DNA of 64,000 nt from a bacterium (GTDB lineage: Bacteria; UBA8248; JACPRG01; G963555815): assembly GCA_965218795.1 (NCBI GenBank), contig OZ244653.1, forward strand, positions 2,848,001-2,912,000. Direction: 5' to 3'. The notes under the pieces were generated by a model. It had not been told where the DNA came from. It worked only from the letters and a program-made list of their open reading frames with translations, and searched no databases. Positions 49,170 through 60,794 of this stretch are shown here, one piece after another (the stretch's first letter is position 1; each line of letters opens with the position of its first letter). The position numbers and the translations under genes are program-made.

Positions 49170-52100
49170 CGGGCGGCCCCGGCGGTGATTCCACCCGGCG
49201 CGCGTGGGGAAGAGCGCCGGAACCCGTTTCCGGCCGCGAGGTTCTGGCCGGTCTTGTCGAGCGGGTGACCTTCCACAACCCGGAGAACGGGTTCTGCGTG
49301 CTGCGGATCAAGGCGCGGGGCCAGCGCGATCTCGTTACCGCGGTCGGCCATGCCGCCACGATTTCCGCCGGCGAATGGGTGACCGCCTCTGGAGAATGGG
49401 CCAACGACCGCGCCCACGGCCTGCAGTTCCGCGCCCGGCTGCTCAAGACCTCCGCTCCCTCCTCGCTGGACGGCATCGAGAAGTACCTGGGTTCGGGCAT
49501 GATCCGGGGCATCGGGCCGGTCTACGCGAAGCGCATGGTGCGGCTGTTCGGCAAGGACGTGTTCGACATCATCGAGGCCAGCCCGGAGCGCCTGCGCGAG
49601 GTCGAAGGCATCGGTCCGAAGCGGGCGGAGAGAATTACCTCGGCCTGGGCCGACCAGAAGGCGATCCGCGAGATCATGGTGTTCCTGCACCAGCACGGCG
49701 TGGGCACGGCCCGGGCCGTGCGCATCTTCAAGACCTATGGCGCGGACGCGGTCGAGGTCATGAGCGAAAATCCCTACCGTCTGGCCCGGGACATCCGGGG
49801 GATCGGCTTCCTCACCGCCGACCAGATTGCCGAAAAGCTCGGCATCGGAAAGACCGCGATGATCCGGGTGCGCGCCGGGATCTCGTTCGCCCTGTCCGAA
49901 GCCATGAGCGACGGCCATTGCGGCTTGCCCACTACGGAGCTGAAGAAGCTCTCGGAGAAGCTGCTCGAGGTTCCCGAAGAACTGGTGACAACCGCGCTGG
50001 ACATGGAGCTGTCCGAGGGGACCGTGATTGCGGACAGCGTGGGAGAGACCCCGTGCATCTTCCTGAGCGGACTGCACCATGCCGAACGGTCCGTCGGGGA
50101 GCACGTGCAAAGGATAGCCGCCGGGCCGCTTCCCTGGGCCGGGATCGACACGGACAAGGCCCTGCCCTGGGTCGAGGCCCGCACCGGGCTCACCCTCGCC
50201 GGGAGCCAGGCCGATGCGGTGCGCCTCGCTCTGCGCTCGAAGGCGACGGTCATCACGGGCGGACCCGGTGTCGGCAAGACCACCATCGTCAACGCCATCC
50301 TGCGGATCCTCCTGGCCAAGGATGTGAAACTCCTGCTGTGCGCACCCACCGGCCGTGCCGCCAAGCGCATGTCCGAAGCCACCGACATGGAGGCGAAGAC
50401 CATCCACCGGCTGCTGGAGTTCGACCCCAGGGCCTTCGGGTTCCGGCGCAACGAGGACAGTCCGCTCGACTGCGACCTCCTGGTGGTGGACGAAAGCTCG
50501 ATGGTGGATGTGATGCTCATGCAGTCGCTGGTGAAGGCAGTGCCCGGCCCTGCCGCGCTATTGCTCGTAGGCGACATCGACCAGTTGCCTTCCGTGGGTC
50601 CGGGTCAGGTGCTCTCCGACATCATCGCCTCGGGGGCCGTTCCCGTGGTGCGCCTGACCGAGGTGTTCCGTCAGGCCTCCCGGAGCCGGATCGTGACCAA
50701 TGCCCACCGGATCAACGCCGGCAGGATGCCGGAGTTGGACGAGGCCGATGGCGCGAGCGACTTCTACTTCGTGCCGGCGGATGATCCTGAGCAGGCGGTC
50801 GAGCGCGTTCTGACCCTGGTCCAGGAGCGCATTCCCCGCCGATTCGGCCTGGATCCGGTGCGCGACATCCAGGTGCTGTGCCCGATGAACCGTGGGGGTG
50901 CCGGGGCGAGGTCGCTCAATATCGAGCTGCAGGCGGTGTTGAACCCGGCCGGGGAGGAGAAGGTCGAGCGCTTCGGCTGGACCTTCGCACCGGGCGACAA
51001 GGTCATGCAGATCGAGAACGACTATGACAAGGATGTCTACAACGGCGACATCGGAAGGGTGGAAGCCGTGGATGAGGTGGAGGGCGAGGTGATTGCGGTG
51101 TTCGACGGCCGCGGGGTGTCCTATGGGTTCGGGGAGCTGGACATGCTAGTGGCCTGTACCAACTGATTTTGACCCAAGGCGTCGCCTTGGGTCATGGTAT
51201 TTCCACTTCACGGTTTTGGGAGCTTTGTTATAGAGCTTGATATAGCGCATCAGCTTTCGGTTGAGGTCTTTTACGGAGGTGAAGATGCCGCGCGAGATGA
51301 CGTGGCGTTGGATTTTGCCGAACCACAACTCGACTTGGTTGAGCCAGGACGAGTAGGTGGGCGTGAAGTGCATGTGCACGGTGGGGTGTTGGTCAAGGAA
51401 GCGCCGGACCTGCGGGGTCTTGTGGGCGGTGAGATTGTCGGCGATGACATGGATATCCTTGTCGCGGGGCTGAGTTGCCACCAAGTCCGCCAGAAAGGCA
51501 ACAAACTGCGCCGAGGTGTGGCGTTCGGCGGTCTTGCCCAGCACTTCGCCCGTCTGGGTATTGAAGGCGGCGTACAGCGACAGCGTGCCATGGCGGCGGT
51601 ACTCGAAACCATGGCGCTCGGCGCGGCCCGGGGAGAGCGGCAAAACCGGCACGGTCCGATCCAGGGCCTGGATCGCCGTCTTTTCGTCCACACAAAACAC
51701 CGCGGCATGCTGCGGTGGGTTCAAATAGAGGCCGATAATGTCCGCCGCCTTCGCCTCGAAGTCCGGGTCGCTCGACGCCATGTAGCGATCCAGCCGATGC
51801 GGCTTCAGCCCGTGCTTGGCCCACACGCGCGCAACCATCATGTGCGAGACGCCCAGCCTAGCCCCCAGGCGGCGTGTGCTCCAATGCGTCGTTCCATCGG
51901 TGGGCGGCTTGCGCGTCGCGTTCAGAATCCGCGCCTCGAGCTTTGGGGTCAGCCGCCGTGCGGCCTGACCCTGATGGCGGCTGTACAGGCCCGCAAGTCG
52001 CTGCTCCGCGAAGCGCCTGCTCCAACTGGCCACGAAACCCCGACTGCATTCGAGTCGGTCGCAGACTTGGTCCCAGGTGTATCCGTCTGCCAGCATCACA

Positions 52101-52506
52101 ATCACCCGTGCCCGGCGCGCATCTTCTGCTCGGCCGGTTCGACTTCTTGCTCGCCGCAACAGTTCGGCTCGTTCATAGGCGGTCAGTTCCATCGCGCTCC
52201 TCCTTACTGTGAGCGCAATTATTATAGTCTATAAATGGTTGTTACACTACACTAGTCCCTGCCTATGCGGCGACGGTGCACAAGAGTCAGGGTTCCGAAT
52301 ATCCCGCCGTGGTCCTGCCCGTGCTGACGCAGCATTACGCCATGCTCCAGCGCAACCTGCTCTACACCGGGATCACGCGCGGCAAGCGTCTGGTTGTGCT
52401 CGTGGGTCAGAAGAAGGCCGTGGCCATCGCGGTCAAGAACGTCTCGGGCAGGCGCCGCTGGTCGAAGCTCGATGAGTGGTTGCGGTCCGGGAACATGTCA
52501 TGTTGA
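49166..52506 (+). pseudogene. recD2: RecD2-like SF1B helicase interrupted by IS630
   Basis: GGPGVGKTT, APTGRAAKR, DESSM, GDIDQL; IS removal gives [18 protein letters not shown] in frame. Confidence 0.9.
51149..52252 (-). mobile_element. IS630-family element, transposase 51146-52192 (348 aa)
   Basis: CVDEK, ADNL..H, SWLNQVE motifs; TA duplication within CTAG at 51147-48 and 52253-54; imperfect IRs. Confidence 0.93.
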
Positions 52507-52738
52507 AGGCGACGCGGCCCGTCATTGGCGATTTGACCTCTCGGTCTGAAAGACTCAAGCGGCTCTGGGGCCGCTTCCTTGCCATGCCTCCTTCCTAACC
52601 CGAAAATCCTAACACTCAATCTGGACTGGCTTTTAGAGGGCAAGGTCTTTTCAAGTCCTGAAGACTCCGGCTATGAACCACGATCTGTCAGGTCGGATCG
52701 CGGCAATCACCTCAAGAGAATTGATCCATTTCGGATCT

Positions 52739-54870
52739 CTATGGCAAAAACTCAAATGACATTTGGATTTCGTCTTGCTCTGGCACATCGCAATGCAGTT
52801 GCGTAAGCACTAGCCAGCTTGGTTTGGGACTTGCGTGCCATCCCTCCAATTCGTCGTTTTTGTTGCACTGGCTTCGCAGCAGAATCTGAATCAGGAGCAA
52901 CACCAGTCGGATATTGGCGTGGAATTGACGAATAACTGGATCATCATCGGCAGAGTCTTCAGAAGACTCTCCCCAATCCTCCGGCTCCGGCGGCCGAATC
53001 TTACCGTGGATCACGGAATTACGAAAGCGTCGAAGATGCTCAGCTCCAATAGCAGCGATAGACCCTGCTGCGATGAGCCGGCGCATCTCTTTTGTTCTAA
53101 AGTATTCCATCTCAGTGGCACACAATTCGAATGCTCCATACACGACCTGCCGGAGATGAGGAAAGCATCGGTTTTTCATGAGGCGGAAAATCACCTCACG
53201 ACCAAGCGCACCCTTGCCGTAGTAATTTCTTCTCTCTGAGGATTGGCTTGCCATTTTGCTGGCCGCTTCGTAGGCAATCCATACCAGATGGAAGACAATA
53301 ACACCGGCAATGTGAGGTGGTCCCAGCAAATCGGACAGGTTGCTAAGGTGTATTCCACCGACTGAGGGAGGGATACGCAATGACGACACGACGGCGATTC
53401 ACGGGGGAGTTCAAGGCGAAGGTAGCGCTGGAAGCACTGCGCGGGGACAAGACGGTTCAAGAAATCGCGGTGCGGCACAAGGTGCATCCGAACCAGGTGA
53501 GCGCCTGGAAGCAGCGAGCGGTGGAGGGGCTGAAGGAGGTATTCTCCAAGGGGGCGGAGCGGGCACGTGGGGACCATGAGGTGGAGATCCGGGACCTGCA
53601 TGCGAAGATCGGGGAGTTGACGGTGGAGCGGGATTTTTTGTCCAAAGGGCTCAAGTGGTGAGCCGGGAGGGACGCAGGGCCATGATCCGTCGCGACCATC
53701 CCAAACTCAGCTTGAGCGGTCAATGCCGCCTGCTTTCCATCAGCCGATCCTCGCTGTACCACACGCCCAAGGGCGAGAGTGCGCAGAACCTGGCGTTGAT
53801 GCGGCGGATCGATGAGTTGTTCTTGAAATACCCGTTCTACGGCAGCCGCCAGATGGTCCGTCATTTGTGGCGCGAGGGAGTCCGTGTCGGTCGTCACCGG
53901 GTTCGGCGTCTGATGCGGCTGATGGGCCTACAGGCCATCTACCAAGCGCCGAGAACCACCAGACCACATCCCGAACACCGGGTTTATCCCTATCTTCTCA
54001 AGGGACTCGCCATCGAGCGGCCCAATCAGGTCTGGACCGCGGACATAACCTATATCCCCGTCCAGCGCGGCTTCCTGTACCTGGTAGCCGTCATGGACTG
54101 GGCCACCCGCCGTGTGCTCGCCTGGCGGCTGTCCAACACCCTGGATGCCCGCTTCTGCGTCGAGGCCCTGACCGAAGCCCTGGACCGCTACGGCCGGCCT
54201 CGGATCTTCAATACCGACCAAGGCAGCCAGTTCACCAGCCTCGCGTTTACCGCTGTCCTCCAAGACGCCGGCGTCGCCATCTCCATGGACGGCCGGGGCC
54301 GATGCATGGACAACATCTTCATCGAGCGCCTCTGGCGTTCGCTCAAATACGAAGCGGTGTATCTGCACGAGCTCACCGACGGCTTCGCAGCCCAAAGGGC
54401 CATTGCCAAGTGGCTCGACTTCTATAACACCGAAAGACCTCATTCCGCCCTGGCTGGCTCTACCCCGGCCGAGGCCTACGAAAAAGGACTGCCGCCGCAG
54501 ATGCAGGCCAAGCCCCACCGCTTGCCTGCCCCTCTGCCGGCTCAACCAGAACAGAAAGACGGGTCAAACAGGACGCTGGCGGCATGATCAATGAACCGAA
54601 TACACCTTCACTCAGCCGCCTAACTGTCCAAGATAGTGGGACCACCTCAATGTGCTTAGATACTACCTCACTGTTCGCCGCTTCTAATTCCAAGGCGGGA
54701 CTGCACCAGTTGGCGGTGCCATCTATGTCAGTATCAACCGAAAGATCATTTAGAGATGCAGCCACGCGGAGGTTTACTCTGACAGAGTCCAAATGATCCG
54801 ACGCCAACGATTCCGACAATTCATTGGTGATGGACAACAGCCGCTTGATATGTTCTCGCAGTGGTATCAT
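52739..54870 (-). pseudogene. HEPN-motif protein (~263 aa if restored) interrupted by IS3
   Basis: MIPLREH...SKHI joins AGVIVF...RNSVIHG in frame after IS removal; GGAGG RBS. Confidence 0.7.
53313..54649 (+). mobile_element. Apparently intact IS3-family element (orfA 53380-53661, orfB to 54587)
   Basis: IRs TGAGGTGGTCCCA...GGACAG; 3-bp target duplication ATG; WTADITY, NTDQGSQF, IERLW. Confidence 0.95.
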
Positions 54871-55503
54871 GCCCTCCGATGCAACAGAATTTGATCTCCA
54901 AATTGGATCCAAAGCGCGGTATGGATTGTTTACGAAACCTTGAGGCTGGTCGAGTGGCTCAGTATTCGGTTTCGCCTTCACAGATTTGCAAGTGCGGCTT
55001 TCTTGCATTCGGTTCCTCTTGTAGATAAACCGAAACGTCAAAGTCACGACGTTTCATTCACCCGTTGTAGGTGCGATGGCAAGGATGCCTAGCCTTACGT
55101 CCGGGCCTTCGACGACGCCTGAAGCACCGCGCGGTGCCCCAGACTCACATTGGAAACCTCTCGCCTCCCGGCCCGGTAACAGCGTCGTCGTGCATGACAC
55201 CGACGGCGATGATGCTCAGCACATCCGCTGGAGACAAAAGCGTGCGGTGTGTTTTTTCATCTCGCGCTTGCCGCTCCACTCCTTCGTTTCCTTCGGGGGC
55301 TTCAACTGAGGTGGTCCTGATTTTCATCGCTTCAGAATTGGTATGGTGTAATTATGGTGAAAAATGGTGGTTACGTCAGGGAGTCGCCAAGACGCTCCGC
55401 CCTAAGTCCAAGAAACATAGCGTATGCCTTTGGGTGACGCTTGACGAAACCGAGTCGCGGAGTTGACGTGGCTCGGCGAAGAGCTTGATATTTCGGCGGC
55501 TTG

Positions 55504-55527
55504 GATGAGCCGATGAGCCGATGAGCC
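55504..55527 (+). repeat. (GATGAGCC)x3 microsatellite upstream of the helicase operon
   Basis: Three exact tandem copies. Confidence 0.85.
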
Positions 55528-55662
55528 GTGTCGGGATTTGTGGCGCGGCATCGTGACAGCATCGCAGGCGATCTTCCTCTTCGAGCACCCGAATTGGAAG
55601 TGGTGGGAGACAAGAAAGTGGGGGGATCGCGTGGCAAATGTCCCGCAGTACAGGATGACGCC

Positions 55663-57808
55663 GTGACCGTGACGGAAAACCGTTTGCTACGGTTTCTGGA
55701 GGGTGTCCGGCCACTGTATATACTGCCGGTCGATCCGATCGCCCAAGAAGTGCTGATTCCAGGATTTAAGGCGGCGGGCAAAGTGGACTGCATGGTCGGA
55801 TTCTTCTCAAGCGAGGTGTTGGCTTCGCTTGCGCCCGGTCTGGCAACCTACATCGAAGGTTCGGAGAGCAGTTTCCGGCTGATCATAAGCCCCATTCTCC
55901 GTGCCGAGGACCAGGCCGCGATCGAGGACGGGCTGAGGTCTGCGGAAGAAGTTGCCGATAGGATTCTGGAAGATCTGACGGTTACAGAAGACCTGCTTCA
56001 ACGCCACACGTTGAAGTGCCTCTCCTGGCTCCTTCGAGAAGGTCGCATTGAGATCAAAGTCGCCTTGATGAAGGATGCGCTTTTTCACCCGAAAGTCTGG
56101 TTATTTGAAAACGATGGCGATGTCGTTGCAGCGCACGGGTCGAGCAATATGACCTATGCTGGTATCCGCAAAAACATTGAACAGATCGCGATATCGAGGT
56201 CATGGCAGGATCCGAACCAGCGCTACATCACCGACAAGCTCGGCTATGAGTTCGGTCGCTTGTGGGAGAACAAGGACGATAGCTGCATCGTCATTGCGAT
56301 GCCGGAGGCCGTCAGGCAGCGCCTGTTGTGCACCTACAGTTCTGAAACGCCGCCGACGGAAGATGACCTGAGGGCTCTGTACGGCCGCGCAACCGGGTTT
56401 GCCGAAGAGCCGGAATCTTACGAACCCGCACCTGTGCCGACGACGGGCTTTGCGATCCCAGACTGGTTGCGATACGAAGACGGTCCATTCGAACATCAGG
56501 GCAAAGCAGTAATCGCCTGGTGCGAAGCCGGGTATCGCGGCGTGCTGGAAATGGCGACCGGCTCGGGGAAAACCATCACCTCGATGATTGGCGCACACCG
56601 CCTCTACGACGGACACAAGCCGCTCCTGATCGTGGTCGCCGCCCCCTATGTGCCGCTGATCGAACAATGGTGCGATGAAATCGTCCCGTTCGGGCTGAAA
56701 CCGGTCAACCTCACCACGGCGCGTGGCGCTGCCAAACGCGCGATCGAACTGCAAAAACTGAAACGACGATTTCGCACCGGCCTGTCCGATGTCGAAGCGG
56801 TCGTGGTCAGTCACGACACCCTATGCACGCCGGAATTCCTCGACGTTATCGAGGGGTTCGATTGCGCAAGGCTGCTGATCGCGGATGAAGCGCATAATCT
56901 GGGCCGCGCGTCATTCATAGAAGACCCACCGGAGTTTTTCGAGCACCGGATCGGCCTGTCAGCCACGCCGATCCGCCAGTATGACGAGGAAGGAACGGAA
57001 GCCCTTTTCGGCTTTTTCGGTCCCGTGGTCTGCCGGTTCACGCTCGAACAAGCGATCGGGCGCTGCCTCGTCGATTACGCCTACTACCTCCACCCTCCAC
57101 CCTGTCTATCTCACCGAAAGCGAGATGGACGAATGGTTCGACCTGACGGGGAAGATCAAGCAAAACCTCTGGCGCGACAAGGGCTGCAAGCCGGACGATT
57201 ATCTCGCGAAGTTGTTGCGCAACCGGAGGGCGTTGCTGGAAACCGCATCAGACAAGGTGTCCATGTTGAGGACTCTTCTCGACGAAGAGGATACCGGCAG
57301 CCTGCGCCACACACTAGTCTACACCTCGGACAAGGGACCGGACCAGCTCGACAACGTCAACCGGCTGCTGCGTGACAGGAACATCCTGTTTCATCAGCTC
57401 ACGGCGGAAGAGACAGCCAGCCGCGACCAGACGAAGCGCATCATCAGGTCGTTCCAGGACGGCGAAATCCAGGTCCTCACGGCCAAGCGCGTGCTCGACG
57501 AAGGCGTGAACATTCCGCAAATTTGCAAGGCGTTCATCCTCGCGAGCACCACGGTCGAACGGCAATGGGTGCAGCGGCGCGGACGCCTGCTGCGAACTTG
57601 CAGAGCGATCGGCAAGACGCACAGTGTCATTCATGACCTGCTGGCCTTGCCGCCGGGAATGGAAGAAGGGCTTGATCCCGATGCGCGCGGCCTCGTGCGT
57701 TCGGAGCTGCGCCGTGCGCAGGAATTCGCGCGGCTCGCAAGAAATGCGGGCCGACCGGACGGGCCGCTGGCGATGATCGATAAAATGGTTGATGCAGCGT
57801 ACCTGTAG
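55663..57808 (+). pseudogene. PLD(HKD)-nuclease / SF2 DEAH helicase fusion, frameshifted by a 7-bp duplication
   Basis: FHPKVW...GSSN; MATGSGKT, DEAH, SAT; LDEGVNIP and QRRGR in a second frame; CCTCCAC duplicated at 57087-57100. Confidence 0.85.
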
Positions 57809-57824
57809 CGCTGGGGGAAGTGAA

Positions 57825-58070
57825 ATGCCGCTAAACGACAAAAAGATAATCTCGATCATCCTTGAGCAATGCGTCGGAATAGACGAACGGTGTGACGGCT
57901 ATAGGGAGGAGATTATCGAAGTGATTTCGGAGATTCTCGAATACGAGCGGGGCCATCGTGTTTCGGCGACGAATATCCAGAAAAAGATAAATGACAAATG
58001 CAATGCTGCCGGGCGGTTCCTTGAGGAACAACGCGGTCAGGATACGGGCACGGAGGAACTGGACTCATGA
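57825..58070 (+). CDS. Small helical protein (81 aa) coupled to the SMC-like ATPase
   Basis: ATGA overlap with 58067. Confidence 0.75.
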   Translation: MPLNDKKIISIILEQCVGIDERCDGYREEIIEVISEILEYERGHRVSATNIQKKINDKCNAAGRFLEEQRGQDTGTEELDS

Positions 58071-60208
58071 AACTGCTCCGCGCTGAATTTGAGAATTTCC
58101 GGTTGCTCCGCGATCTGGAGCTTGAGTTTGCCAACGGAGCTGACCAGAACCTGACGATCATTCGAGCGGCAAACGAGTCGGGAAAAACGACGATCCTTCA
58201 TGCGTTGCAATGGGCGCTCTACGGTGACGCCGCGTTGCCCGGCAAGGGCGAGGGTTTCCGCCTGCATCCCATCGACTGGGATGCAAGCGACGGCAAGCGG
58301 GTTCCGATTACGGCGACGGTCGAATTCGAGCTGACGACCCACCGGCAGGTCGCAGGTGAAATGCGCAAATCACGGCGGCGTTTCCGTCTGGTGCGTTCCG
58401 CATTCGAGGATGTGGACAGCCAGTCACGCCGCTCGGCCTCCACGGCAAAGCTCTTCGCGCTGAACGAGACCGGGGCTGCTCCCATCGACGCCCCGGAAGC
58501 GCTGATCAACGATGAATTGCCACCTGAACTCCGCGAAGTGTTCTTTACTGACGGCGACCGCGCCCTGAGTTTCATCGAAGCGGATGTCGCACTGTCAACC
58601 AAGCGCGAGCGCGTACAGCGGGCTATCCGTTCGCTACTTGGCCTCGGTGTGATCGACGACGCGATCAAGCATGTCCGCAAGACGGCTGCTGAGGTGAACA
58701 AGAAGGCGAAACAGATCGGCACCGACAGCGAGCTGAACAGAATCGCGTCGCGTCTGGAAGCGATCGACGAAACCTGGAACAAGTTGGAGGACGACCTCGA
58801 AGATGCGAAACAACAATTCGCGGCGTTCGAAGAGAAGGTAAACGAAACCGACCGCAAAATCGCGGCGGCGCTCCAGAAGGGCGACAAGGAGGAGCTGCGC
58901 AAAGACCTCGAAAACGCGAAGCGAGAGATCAAGCAGCTCGACGATCAGCTCACCGCCGCGAACAAAGAGCATTCAGCGTTGTTCCGCAGCCGCTCGATCG
59001 CAACCGATCTGCTCGCGCCTCTGCTCGGCCGTGCTTTCGAAAAGCTCGAAGATCTGCACGATCAGGGCAAGATTCCGAACACGACGATCCCGGTCCTGCA
59101 AGACCGGCTCTCGGCGGAACTCTGTATCTGCGGCGAGACGCTCGAACCCGGCGATCCGGACGGTGAGAAACGTCGCGAGCATATCCAGAAACTGATCGAC
59201 GACAGCCAGCGCGCCGACGAGATTCAGGAAATCATCACGGACCTCTATTACGGCGCAAAGCCGCTACAGAGCGATGGGGATGCCGGAAGCAGCGTCTGGC
59301 TGGAAGAATACAAGAAGGTCGTCCAACGCCGGGACGGTATTCAGAACCTGCGCGATGAGGCGGGCCGCAAATACCGGGCGCTCGAACTGCAACTGGATGA
59401 GCTACCGGATACGGACATACAGGGCCTGCGAGAGACGCTCCGTCAGTATAAGGATCAGCGCGACCGGTGCCTGTCCAAGCGTTCGGCCATCGAAACCCAG
59501 CTCACCGGGCTTCGACGTGAACGCGAAGAGCTTGAAACCGAACGTGACCGGCTACTGCGCGAGCAGAAAAAAGGTGCGCGGATACTGGCCGAACTGCACG
59601 TCACACAGGATGTAATGGCCGTCCTGCAGAACGCCTATGAGCGGATTACCAACGAGGAACTCGCCAAGGTCAGCGAGCTGATGAACGACATCTTCCTTGA
59701 AATGATCGGGGCTGACCCTGAACAGGGTGCAATCATCCGACGCGCCGAAATCAGCCGTGAATTCGACATTATCGTTTACGGGCCGAATGACAGGACGCTC
59801 AATCCGGACCGCGACCTGAACGGCGCGTCGCGTCGCGCCCTTACGCTTGCATTCATCCTCGCACTGACAAAGGTCAGCGAAGTCAAAGCGCCGAATGTCA
59901 TCGATACGCCGCTCGGCATGACCAGCGGCTTTGTGAAGCGGTCTATCCTGAGAACAGCGGTGCGGGAAAGCGCTCAGCTCGTTTTGTTCCTGACGCACGA
60001 TGAAATCGCCGGATGCGAAGAGATCATCGACGCAGCGGCGGGCGTGGTCTTCACGCTGACCAACCCGGCACATTACCCGAAGATGCTCGTCAACGACCCC
60101 GACGTTGTCGAACGCAAGGTTCTTCGGTGTGCATGCGATCACCGGAGCGAATGTCAACTCTGCCAGCGCCGGGTCGATGCGCTGGTCGAGCTGGAAATAG
60201 CGTCATAG
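58067..60208 (+). CDS. Rad50/DndD-like SMC ABC ATPase with CxC zinc hook
   Basis: AANESGKTT, coiled coils around CICG, LNGAS signature, VIDTPLG, LTHDE; Cys cluster at C-terminus. Confidence 0.88.
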   Translation: MKLLRAEFENFRLLRDLELEFANGADQNLTIIRAANESGKTTILHALQWALYGDAALPGKGEGFRLHPIDWDASDGKRVPITATVEFELTTHRQVAGEMRKSRRRFRLVRSAFEDVDSQSRRSASTAKLFALNETGAAPIDAPEALINDELPPELREVFFTDGDRALSFIEADVALSTKRERVQRAIRSLLGLGVIDDAIKHVRKTAAEVNKKAKQIGTDSELNRIASRLEAIDETWNKLEDDLEDAKQQFAAFEEKVNETDRKIAAALQKGDKEELRKDLENAKREIKQLDDQLTAANKEHSALFRSRSIATDLLAPLLGRAFEKLEDLHDQGKIPNTTIPVLQDRLSAELCICGETLEPGDPDGEKRREHIQKLIDDSQRADEIQEIITDLYYGAKPLQSDGDAGSSVWLEEYKKVVQRRDGIQNLRDEAGRKYRALELQLDELPDTDIQGLRETLRQYKDQRDRCLSKRSAIETQLTGLRREREELETERDRLLREQKKGARILAELHVTQDVMAVLQNAYERITNEELAKVSELMNDIFLEMIGADPEQGAIIRRAEISREFDIIVYGPNDRTLNPDRDLNGASRRALTLAFILALTKVSEVKAPNVIDTPLGMTSGFVKRSILRTAVRESAQLVLFLTHDEIAGCEEIIDAAAGVVFTLTNPAHYPKMLVNDPDVVERKVLRCACDHRSECQLCQRRVDALVELEIAS

Positions 60209-60218
60209 GAGACAACCG

Positions 60219-60680
60219 ATGGCCGACCGTTATTTCAATCCATTTCAAGCGATCGACATCAACGTGCCGGTCGAATTCCACGAGGTTTTCACCCGGTACT
60301 GCCAAAGGAGCGCCGATGCGGTCATCGACCAGAGTCCGTTTCCCCGCATGGTCGATCTCTGGTTCTTGTCCGTCTGCGTTGCGGCGCGGCTCGGGTTGGA
60401 ACCTGCTGATATTGGCAAATACGAAACGCGGAAGATCATAGACGGCTCGATCTTCGGCAGCGATCCGTGGCGTGTTCACACCCTCATGTTGATCTCGATC
60501 GGCAAGACGGGCGACGAGCAAATCGTATCGGAACCGCGAAAGATGATGGCGCTTGCCAATGGCCTCGCTGTTGCGGGACTGCCGAAAGTTATCGAAATGC
60601 TCAAGGACGGAGATGCAGAACCAATCTGGAACCTGTCGGATGCGGTTGACTCTCTCTTGAGGAAAGAGAAAGCGGCATAG
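60219..60680 (+). CDS. 153-aa hypothetical protein in a DndE-like position
   Basis: AGGAG RBS; directly follows the ATPase. Confidence 0.75.
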   Translation: MADRYFNPFQAIDINVPVEFHEVFTRYCQRSADAVIDQSPFPRMVDLWFLSVCVAARLGLEPADIGKYETRKIIDGSIFGSDPWRVHTLMLISIGKTGDEQIVSEPRKMMALANGLAVAGLPKVIEMLKDGDAEPIWNLSDAVDSLLRKEKAA

Positions 60681-60794
60681 GACAGGATGCATGACAATGT
60701 TGGTCGCGGAGTACAGACGAAGGATAGTCGAAGTCGGTAGAGATGTTGTCCCACCAATGTTCGGCAAGTCTGACAACAAACGGAGATAAGTGGC

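Noticed and set aside
51194-52234. 346-aa + strand ORF
   Set aside because: Antisense shadow of the IS630 transposase
55663-60680. Canonical Dnd phosphorothioation cluster
   Set aside because: A DndD-like ATPase is present, but no cysteine desulfurase or PAPS-reductase (DndC) gene is visible
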